NCBI GenBank assembly: GCA_040260805.1
Contig: JBDQPD010000095.1
Coordinates: 1 to 13,809 of the forward strand
Direction of reading: 5' to 3'
Length of the DNA stretch: 13,809 bases
Source: Myxococcota bacterium
GTDB taxonomy: Bacteria; Myxococcota; UBA4151
This document shows, one piece after another, positions 7,261 through 13,809 of the stretch. The notes below the pieces were generated by a model. That model did not search any database, was not told where the DNA came from, and was given only the letters and a program-made list of their open reading frames with translations. Made by a program: the position numbers and the translations under genes. Positions within the stretch are counted from its first letter, which is position 1. Every line of letters starts with the position of its first letter.

Positions 7261-9153
7261 ATGATACGTTCTTTCTTTGCCCTCGCGCTGGTTTGCGCAG
7301 CGCCCCAGTTGGCTCAAGCAGCTGCGGGTGGTCCCGATGCCAGTGGTTACCGTTGGGTAGACAGCGCTGAGCAGGGTGGTCCGACCTACAGCTACGAGGG
7401 CGTAAATGGTCCTCGAGTCGCCTTCAGCGACGACTCCGTCTCTGGTCCGCATCCGATCGGTTTCTCGTTTCGATATTACGGCCAATCCTACACTCAGTTT
7501 TGGGTGAGTTCGAACGGCTTTATGACGCTGACCAACAACAGGAGCTCGGGCTGCTGCAGCGGATATGCTCTCGGCGGCGGGCGCGGCTATGGGTCGATGA
7601 TCGCTGGATACTGGACTGATTTATTGGGTTCGGCAGGGACGTATCAAACTCGGGGTGAAGCAGGTCGACGTGTGCTGGTGTATCAACAAGAGGGGCGAGA
7701 ATACTCGCGAGGGCCTTCGGTACAATATCAAATCAAGCTGTACGAAAACTCGGGCGCTGTTGAGATTCATATACGTACCGCCGGCGTGCAGAGCCATAAC
7801 GCCTCGATCGGTATTCAAAACCAGGCTCGCAATGTGGGGCTAACCTATCGAAGCGGCCGATTTTCGATCAACAATACGGCGGTGCGATTTAGTCACAACA
7901 GCCCACCCGAACTGAGCCGGTTAGGACCCTTTCAGATTTATCATGGTCAGCGCTTGAGTTTTGTTATGGGTGTCACCGAGCCTGATGAGGATGAGATCGT
8001 ACTCGAAGTGAGCGATCTGCCAGAGGGTGCCTCGTTTAATGACGCCAACGGTAAGTTTCGTTGGATCCCCAGCTTTGACGACGTGGGGCAGCATGAGCTG
8101 CGGTTTCACGTCGAAGAGCAGCGTGACGACAATCAGCAGCCCTTGTCGGATGAAACGACGGTGTTGATTGATGTGCTCGGCTTGAATCAGCCGCCTGTTG
8201 TTTCAAGCGTGCCGCCTACCGAAGTGATTCAGGGTGACACGCTAGAGTATCAGCTCATCGCTGCCGATATCGAGTCCGACGACCCAGTCCAGTGTCGTCT
8301 TGGCGATGCGCCGGAGACGGCCGAGTTGCAGGACTGTAACCTAACCTGGGTGGCCGATGCAGCGCCGGGCACTGAGGTCGACTTTAGCGTGAGCGTAGTG
8401 GACCACGAGGGGGCCTCTTCGACCCAACGGTTCACGGTCCTCGTCCAATCGCACCCCGAAGGTCCGGTTGCGGTCATTCAGGTGGATTCACGTGCGGTCG
8501 GTCCGGGATGGTTGGAGCTTGACGGTGAAGAAAGCGTTCAGGGGGTTGCGGATGAACTGAATTACCGTTGGGTAGTGATGAGCTGGCCTCAGGTGGCGAG
8601 TCAGCCGCGCATGGAGCGTCTCAACGAGCCAGTCGCCCGAGCGCTTTTGAGCTACCGGGGTGAGTACAAGTTTGGATTGACGGTCAGCGGTTCGGTTCTT
8701 CAGAGCTTGCCGAGCGAGGTCGAGGTGACGGTGATCAATGTGGCTCCCGTGCCGATGGTCTCGGAGGTTCCAGATTTCGAACTCTCCGATGGCGACGAGC
8801 GGGCGGTCAGCCTATCGGGTTTAGGAAGTGAAGACCCAAACCCCGAAGACACCATCGAGTGTGTTTGGACGCAAACGGCAGGTCCAGAGGTCGAGCTGTT
8901 AGCGGACGCCTTAACTGCCTCGCTGCTCGTTCGAAGCGTAGGTGACTACGGCTTTGATTTGGTGTGCACCGATGGTGAGCTTTCAAGCGATCCTGCGACC
9001 GTGAACTTCCGAGTGAGCTCGCCTCAAGCGGTCGACCCGGTCACCCGCCCGACCCCGGCACCGGGTGGCTGCATGAGCATTCCAGGGATCGACTCATGGT
9101 TGCTACTTTGCGGTCTTTTCGGATTGCGTCGACGTCGACGCGCGGTGTGCTAG
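7261..9153 (+). CDS. Secreted cell-surface protein: nidogen(NIDO)-like head, four Ig/PKD-like domains, MYXO-CTERM anchor; paralog of 5077-7185
   Basis: Signal peptide ending AQA. Head motifs DD..SGPHPIGFSFRYYGQSYTQFWVSSNGF, IAGYWTDL and YQIKLYEN resemble NIDO-like domains. Stalk collinear with the upstream gene. GGC, hydrophobic stretch and RRRRR tail (9067-9153). Confidence 0.85.
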   Translation: MIRSFFALALVCAAPQLAQAAAGGPDASGYRWVDSAEQGGPTYSYEGVNGPRVAFSDDSVSGPHPIGFSFRYYGQSYTQFWVSSNGFMTLTNNRSSGCCSGYALGGGRGYGSMIAGYWTDLLGSAGTYQTRGEAGRRVLVYQQEGREYSRGPSVQYQIKLYENSGAVEIHIRTAGVQSHNASIGIQNQARNVGLTYRSGRFSINNTAVRFSHNSPPELSRLGPFQIYHGQRLSFVMGVTEPDEDEIVLEVSDLPEGASFNDANGKFRWIPSFDDVGQHELRFHVEEQRDDNQQPLSDETTVLIDVLGLNQPPVVSSVPPTEVIQGDTLEYQLIAADIESDDPVQCRLGDAPETAELQDCNLTWVADAAPGTEVDFSVSVVDHEGASSTQRFTVLVQSHPEGPVAVIQVDSRAVGPGWLELDGEESVQGVADELNYRWVVMSWPQVASQPRMERLNEPVARALLSYRGEYKFGLTVSGSVLQSLPSEVEVTVINVAPVPMVSEVPDFELSDGDERAVSLSGLGSEDPNPEDTIECVWTQTAGPEVELLADALTASLLVRSVGDYGFDLVCTDGELSSDPATVNFRVSSPQAVDPVTRPTPAPGGCMSIPGIDSWLLLCGLFGLRRRRRAVC

Positions 9154-9200
9154 CATAGACAGGGCTGTGGAGCGTTGAGCTCGCAAGCATAAGGGGACCG

Positions 9201-9956
9201 ATGGCTGGTCATAGTAAATGGGCGAACATCAAGCATCGCAAAGGGCGTCAAGACGCCAAGCGCGCGAAGTTCTGGACTAAGATTCTGCGTGAAGTCCAAG
9301 TGGCGGCAAAGTTGGGCGGTCCGGACGCTGATTCCAACCCCCGCTTGCGCGTCTGCCTCAATGACGCTCGCAGTCACAACATACCCAAAGATACGATCAA
9401 GCGGGCGATCGAGAAGGGCGCCGGTTTAGCCGGGGGTGAGGACTTCGTCGAGTTGATCTATGAGGGCTATGCACCGGGTGGGGTCGCCATGTTGGTCGAG
9501 TGTCTGAGCGACAACCGCAACCGCACCGCCGCCAATGTCCGCTCCATGTTTAGTAAGGCTGGCGGCAATTTAGGCGCTGAAGGCTCGGTCGCTTATCTGT
9601 TCAGCAAACAAGGTAAGATTTGGTTTGACGCTGCGGGTGGGTCTGATTTTGATGAGGTGATGATGGGAGCGCTCGAAGCTGGCGCAGAAGACGCCGAAGA
9701 GGACGACGGCACCTTAGAGGTGACCTGCGGCGCTTATGATTTACCCAGCGTCCAAGAGGGTCTCGAAGCCACTGGCTTTACGCCCAGTCGCTCCGAGGTT
9801 GTACAAGTTCCCGATACCACCGTGACCGTCGACGTTGCGACCGCTAAAAAAGTGATGACCTTGATCGATAAACTTGAGGACGATGATGATGTTCAGCGGG
9901 TCAGCAGTAATTTGGAATTGACCGCTGAGGTTGCCGCAGAACTTGAAGCGCTTTGA
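9201..9956 (+). CDS. yebC: YebC/PmpR family protein
   Basis: MAGHSKWANIKHRK, NPRLR, YEGYAPGGVA, DNRNRT, GGNLG..GSVAYLF and LEDDDDVQRV. Classic yebC-ruvC-ruvA-ruvB synteny. Confidence 0.97.
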   Translation: MAGHSKWANIKHRKGRQDAKRAKFWTKILREVQVAAKLGGPDADSNPRLRVCLNDARSHNIPKDTIKRAIEKGAGLAGGEDFVELIYEGYAPGGVAMLVECLSDNRNRTAANVRSMFSKAGGNLGAEGSVAYLFSKQGKIWFDAAGGSDFDEVMMGALEAGAEDAEEDDGTLEVTCGAYDLPSVQEGLEATGFTPSRSEVVQVPDTTVTVDVATAKKVMTLIDKLEDDDDVQRVSSNLELTAEVAAELEAL

Positions 9957-10516
9957 GCCGCCGGCTGATTGGCTTTGATCCTGGCTCTCGTCTCTGCGGG
10001 TGGGGCGTCATCGACGTCGACGGGCGTCGAGTGTCTCATGTCGATAATGGGGTGATTGTCTTACCGCCCAAGAAGCCATTGACTGAGCGTATTGGCTTAT
10101 TGGTCCCAAGGGTCCGCGAGCTGATCGCAACGTATCGACCTGATCGAGCCGCTGCCGAGCAGATTATTTTCGTGCGCAATGTGCGCGCCGCCGTTGCGCT
10201 TGCGCAGGTTCGAGGTGCGCTCGTCGCAGCCTGTAGCTTGTCAGGCCTCGCAGTCGATGAATACGGGCCTACCGAGGTGAAGAAGGCGGTGACCGGACGC
10301 GGCCGAGCCGCCAAAGAACAGGTCGCCGAGATGGTGATGCGTTTGCTGAAGCTGCCTGAGGTTCCGCAAGAGGATGCGGCCGATGCCTTGGCGGTGGCCT
10401 TAGCCGGAGGGCTGCTTGCGGATGCGCCCGTGGTGGCGCCGCGCGTCGCCAGTGGACGCGGGGCGGCCAAGGGACGCAAGGCTTGGGAAGCGTTCGTCAA
10501 AGAACGAAAGGGCTGA
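9953..10516 (+). CDS. ruvC: Holliday junction resolvase RuvC
   Basis: IGFDPG, AAEQ, EYGPTEVKKAVTGRGRAAKEQV and DAADALAVA. TTG start overlaps the yebC stop (TTGA). Confidence 0.95.
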   Translation: MSRRLIGFDPGSRLCGWGVIDVDGRRVSHVDNGVIVLPPKKPLTERIGLLVPRVRELIATYRPDRAAAEQIIFVRNVRAAVALAQVRGALVAACSLSGLAVDEYGPTEVKKAVTGRGRAAKEQVAEMVMRLLKLPEVPQEDAADALAVALAGGLLADAPVVAPRVASGRGAAKGRKAWEAFVKERKG

Positions 10517-10573
10517 GGACGCTTGCCCTCAAGGGTAGGCTTGGCCTAATCCCATCATAGAGGAGTTCATGCG

Positions 10574-11179
10574 TTGATCCGTTTGCTCGAAGGAATCCTT
10601 CGCCACCGAACGCCCGACTATGTCGTGATTGGCTGTTCTGGCGTCGGTTATCGCGTCCGCGTCCCCGTGCCTTTGCTGTCAAAGCTTGGGAGCGTTGGGC
10701 AGCCCGCCTTGTTGTGGATTCACACCCAGGTTCGTGATGACGCGATCTCCTTGTTTGGGTTTGAAGCTCATGAGGATTTGGAGCTTTTTGAAACCCTGAT
10801 CGGTATCAACGGAATTGGGGCGAAGATCGCCCTCGCGATGATGAGCACCTTGCCGACCCGCCGGTTGGTGCAAGCGGTCCGTACTGAAGATTTTCGGACG
10901 CTAACAGCGGTGCCTGGGATCGGGAAGCGAAGCGCCGAGCGTATCGTCGTCGAGCTGCGTGATCGTCTGGACGGGTTTGGTGGACCTGCGGGTACCGATT
11001 CGATGCCGCCTGGTGATCAAGGCTTGATGGCGGACCTTGAGAGTGGGTTGGCCAACCTCGGATTCAAGGCCAAGGATATCTCGCGCGCTGTCGAGAAGGT
11101 TTTAGCCGAGCAGCCCGATGGTGATTTGGGTGATCTGCTCGCAGCCTCGATCGCTGAGATGACGGGCGGTAAGCGCTGA
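10574..11179 (+). CDS. ruvA: Holliday junction branch migration protein RuvA
   Basis: GVGYRV, HTQVRDD..LFGF, two HhH motifs ([21 protein letters not shown]) and a C-terminal LANLGF. AGGAG RBS 8 nt before the TTG. Confidence 0.96.
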   Translation: MIRLLEGILRHRTPDYVVIGCSGVGYRVRVPVPLLSKLGSVGQPALLWIHTQVRDDAISLFGFEAHEDLELFETLIGINGIGAKIALAMMSTLPTRRLVQAVRTEDFRTLTAVPGIGKRSAERIVVELRDRLDGFGGPAGTDSMPPGDQGLMADLESGLANLGFKAKDISRAVEKVLAEQPDGDLGDLLAASIAEMTGGKR

Positions 11180-11180
11180 A

Positions 11181-12206
11181 ATGGAAGACAACGTGCTCGC
11201 CAGTGAGCTGGAAGGTGGGGCTGGTGGCTTAGAAAAGGCGCTGCGACCCAAAGGCTTTGATGACTACATTGGCCAGCGCGAGATCAAAGAAAACCTGGGC
11301 GTCTTTGTCGACGCTGCGCGGCAGCGTCAAAGCGCCTTATGCCACGTGTTGCTGCACGGGCCGCCAGGCTTGGGAAAGACAAGCTTAGCTCATGTCGTAG
11401 CGCGTGAGATGAACGCAGAGTTGGTGGTGACCTCAGGTCCATCGCTTGAGCGACAGGGCGATCTCGCAGGTATCTTGACCGGTCTAGATCATGGATCGAT
11501 TTTGTTTATCGATGAGATTCACCGGCTCAGCCCGGTCGTCGAAGAGAATTTGTATTCCGCCATGGAAGATTTTCGCTTTGATGTGGTCATCGGCGATGGT
11601 CCGGGGGCTCGGACAGTCCCGATTACTCTTGAGCCGTTCACGTTGATTGGCGCGACCACGCGGACCGGCTTGCTGACGGGGCCGCTGCGTGACCGGTTCG
11701 GGTACACTGCGCGCCTTGAGTATTATAGCGTCGAAGAGCTTCGCTTTATTATCGAGCGCGCCTCGAACCTGTTGAGCCTTGATATTGAACCAAAGGCGAC
11801 TCTTGAGCTGGCTCAGCGCTCGCGTGGGACCCCTAGGATTGCCAACCGCTTGCTCCGTCGTGTGCGAGACTATGCCGAGGTCGTCGGCGGCGGTTCGGTC
11901 GATGTTGAGATCACGAGGCACGCTTTGGAGCGATTGGGTGTCGATCCGCTTGGCCTGGACCGCTTAGATTTGAGTTATCTTGAGATGCTCATTCGTCAGT
12001 TTAAGGGGGGTCCTGTTGGGATCGAAACGTTGGCTGCTGCCGTGGGCGAGCAAGCGGATACATTACAAGATGTGTGCGAACCCTACCTGATGAAGCTAGG
12101 CTTCTTGCAGCGAACGCCACGCGGTCGCCAAGCGACAGAGCGTGCGGTCGAGCATATCGGAGCCGACGAATTGATCGGTGCGCAGCGCGGTTTGCCTGTT
12201 ATTTAG
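11181..12206 (+). CDS. ruvB: Holliday junction branch migration ATPase RuvB
   Basis: LRPK.FDDYIGQ, Walker A GPPGLGKT, Walker [43 protein letters not shown] and RTPRGR. Confidence 0.98.
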   Translation: MEDNVLASELEGGAGGLEKALRPKGFDDYIGQREIKENLGVFVDAARQRQSALCHVLLHGPPGLGKTSLAHVVAREMNAELVVTSGPSLERQGDLAGILTGLDHGSILFIDEIHRLSPVVEENLYSAMEDFRFDVVIGDGPGARTVPITLEPFTLIGATTRTGLLTGPLRDRFGYTARLEYYSVEELRFIIERASNLLSLDIEPKATLELAQRSRGTPRIANRLLRRVRDYAEVVGGGSVDVEITRHALERLGVDPLGLDRLDLSYLEMLIRQFKGGPVGIETLAAAVGEQADTLQDVCEPYLMKLGFLQRTPRGRQATERAVEHIGADELIGAQRGLPVI

Positions 12207-12213
12207 GCAGCGC

Positions 12214-12235
12214 GATCGGACAACAACGTCCGATC
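12214..12235. promoter_or_regulatory. Palindrome GATCGGAC-N6-GTCCGATC: candidate enhancer (UAS) of the lpxC sigma-54 promoter, or a 3' hairpin of ruvB
   Basis: Perfect 8-bp inverted repeat with no U-tract, centred about 118 nt upstream of the predicted sigma-54 start. Confidence 0.45.
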
Positions 12236-12276
12236 TGAGGTGTGCCAGCGCCTGGAGCCTGGTAATTAGTAAGACA

Positions 12277-12289
12277 TATCAACATCTTG
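12277..12289 (+). promoter_or_regulatory. IHF-binding site
   Basis: TATCAACATCTTG matches the WATCAANNNNTTR consensus exactly. It has an AT-rich 5' flank (GTAATTAGTAAG) in an otherwise GC-rich region. Confidence 0.65.
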
Positions 12290-12316
12290 AGCTCGTTACG
12301 ACGAATGTCGTAGGCG

Positions 12317-12332
12317 CGGCACGAACCTTGCG
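12317..12332 (+). promoter_or_regulatory. Sigma-54 (RpoN) -24/-12 promoter for lpxC
   Basis: CGGCACGAACCTTGCG: GG(12318-19)-N10-GC(12330-31), matching the core of TGGCACGRNNNTTGCW. Predicted +1 is near 12343; AGGAG RBS at 12367-12371. Confidence 0.75.
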
Positions 12333-12378
12333 TTGATTTGAGCCGAAGATATGTGTGTCTGGTTCTAGGAGCGTTTAG

Positions 12379-13296
12379 GTGATTCGGCAAAAGACAATCA
12401 GTCGATCCATTTCAGTGACAGGCATTGGTCTGCACTCGGGTCGTCCTGTGACCTTGCGCATGACCCCAGCCGCCCCAGGGACGGGTATCGTCTTCTTACG
12501 CAACGACGTGGATCGTTCGCTGCCGATCGAAGCTCGCTATGATCGGGTGGTCGACACTCGCTTGTGCACCTGCCTGGGTCGTGACGGCGTAATCGTTGGA
12601 ACGGTCGAGCATTTGATGTCCGCTCTTTATGGGCTCGGCGTCGATAATCTGATGATCGATTTAGATGGTCCGGAGATCCCGATTCTTGATGGGTCGGCAA
12701 AGGGCTGGGTTGAGCACTTGCTTGAGGCCGGGTTGGTTAACCAGCGCCGGGCTCGCAAAGTCTTAGTCGTCCGCCGTCCGGTTGAGGTTCGTCTAGGTGA
12801 CGCCACCGCACGCCTGGAGCCCAGCAGTCGATTTCGAGTCACAGCGAGCATTGATTTTGATCATGCGCTGATCTCACGCCAGACCTACTCGTTCGATTTT
12901 GGCGCCGCAGGTTTCGTTGAAGAGATCTGCAGAGCCCGCACCTTCGCCTTCAAGCGCGAGGTTGATTTCTTACGCAGCCAGGGTTTGGCTCAGGGTGGAA
13001 GCCTCGACAACGCCATTGTAGTCGACGACTTTAGCATCTTGAACTCGGATGGTTTGCGCTACAGCGACGAGTTTGTTCGTCACAAGATCCTCGATGCGAT
13101 CGGCGATCTTGCGTTGAGCGGTGAGCAGGTGATCGGTCATCTGATCTTGGATCGCAGTGGTCACGCGCTGAACAATCGCTTAGTCCACGAGTTGCTAAGC
13201 GACGAGCGTAACTTTAGGCGCATCGTAGCTGCTGAACCTCATGTCGCCGAAGAGCATGTCATGGGCTTGCCTTCCTTGGCACCAAGCGCTTCTTGA
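12379..13296 (+). CDS. lpxC: UDP-3-O-acyl-N-acetylglucosamine deacetylase
   Basis: RQKTI, GIGLHSG, TVEHLMSAL, EIPILDGSA, ARTFAF, GGSLDNA, DEFVRHKILDAIGDL and SGHALN. GTG start. Confidence 0.97.
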   Translation: MIRQKTISRSISVTGIGLHSGRPVTLRMTPAAPGTGIVFLRNDVDRSLPIEARYDRVVDTRLCTCLGRDGVIVGTVEHLMSALYGLGVDNLMIDLDGPEIPILDGSAKGWVEHLLEAGLVNQRRARKVLVVRRPVEVRLGDATARLEPSSRFRVTASIDFDHALISRQTYSFDFGAAGFVEEICRARTFAFKREVDFLRSQGLAQGGSLDNAIVVDDFSILNSDGLRYSDEFVRHKILDAIGDLALSGEQVIGHLILDRSGHALNNRLVHELLSDERNFRRIVAAEPHVAEEHVMGLPSLAPSAS

Positions 13297-13432
13297 CCCG
13301 TCGGTTGTCGTCTGGCAAATGAGAAGTGTTAGGCGCTTAGGCTCCAAGCCATAAGTCCGCCTGAATCCCCTATAGCCAATAAGATCCGAGCATCCGCTTT
13401 GGGTCCGTCTTGCACTAAAGAATGGGTCATCC

Positions 13433-13809
13433 ATGTCAGAAGAGACCACCGCGTCACCTGCCGTTGAGGCAGAAGCCCCCGCCAAGCCTAAGCGTCGCTC
13501 CCGTGCGAAAAAAGCGGAGCCGAAAGAGGCGAAGACAGAGGCTGTAAAAAAGGCATCACCCAAAAAATCGAAGGCAGAAGCCGCGCCCGCAGCAGCAGCC
13601 CCCAAGGCAGCTGAAGCCGCTGCGCCTAAAAAGGCGTCCGCAGAGCCTGCGTCGAAGGCAAGCCCAGAAGCGGGTCAGCCATCGCCTGAGGGCGCTAAGT
13701 CTGGCAGCGGTGGTAAATCTGATGGCGGTGGCGACGACAACTCGCAGCAGCAAGAAGGCAACCGAGAACGCGGTGATCGCAACGATCGTAATGACCGTAA
13801 TGACCGTAA
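13433..13809 (+). CDS. 3'-truncated ORF with a low-complexity, probably disordered N-terminus; possibly transcription termination factor Rho
   Basis: ATG 13433 opens a stop-free frame to the window end: MSEETTASPAVEAEAPAKPKRRSRAKKAEP...GGGDDNSQQQEGNRERGDRNDRNDRNDR. No folded domain is visible, so identity is inferred from composition only. Confidence 0.7.
   Translation, partial: MSEETTASPAVEAEAPAKPKRRSRAKKAEPKEAKTEAVKKASPKKSKAEAAPAAAAPKAAEAAAPKKASAEPASKASPEAGQPSPEGAKSGSGGKSDGGGDDNSQQQEGNRERGDRNDRNDRNDR
13775..13809 (+). repeat. 9-bp tandem repeat GAYCGYAAY encoding (DRN)n, running off the window
   Basis: GATCGCAAC GATCGTAAT GACCGTAAT GACCGTAA read directly. Confidence 0.85.

Noticed and set aside
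9163..9171. GGCTGTGGA, also present at 7220-7228 downstream of the first paralog
   Set aside because: A single 9-mer at different distances from the stop codons; cannot be distinguished from chance.
9154..10573. LexA/SOS box upstream of yebC-ruvC or ruvA
   Set aside because: No match seen to the E. coli CTGT-N8-ACAG or Gram-positive GAAC-N4-GTTC boxes in the spacers. A lineage-specific box cannot be excluded.
12214..12240. Intrinsic terminator for ruvB
   Set aside because: The hairpin has no U-tract; kept instead as an enhancer candidate.
13270..13286. Partial match to the tRNA 3' end (GGCACCAAG), suggesting an att site of an island inserted at tRNA-Leu
   Set aside because: Only 9 contiguous bases match, inside the lpxC coding sequence. 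The enclosed region contains core genes and no integrase.
13775..13809. CRISPR array at the window end
   Set aside because: The units are 9 bp, in-frame and have no spacers; this is a coding tandem repeat.

Overview
A GC-rich (by eye ~55-60%) bacterial chromosomal segment in which every credible gene is on the + strand. MYXO-CTERM tails point to Myxococcota or a close relative (inference). Gene order: 5'-truncated pgk, tpiA, secG, tRNA-Leu with an intrinsic terminator, exported M20 metallopeptidase, small outer-membrane beta-barrel, fur, two tandem paralogous MYXO-CTERM surface proteins, yebC/pmpR, ruvC, ruvA, ruvB, lpxC, and a 3'-truncated low-complexity ORF missing from the ORF track (possibly the N-terminal extension of Rho). 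No integrase, transposase or CRISPR array was seen. Three observations stand out. (1) The tRNA-Leu after secG has the rare bacterial anticodon AAG (A34) rather than GAG. (2) The two surface proteins share a collinear 418-aa Ig/PKD stalk plus anchor but carry unrelated N-terminal heads, and both are preceded by a similar short DNA motif. (3) lpxC is preceded by what looks like a complete sigma-54 promoter: a palindromic enhancer candidate, a consensus IHF site and a -24/-12 box.
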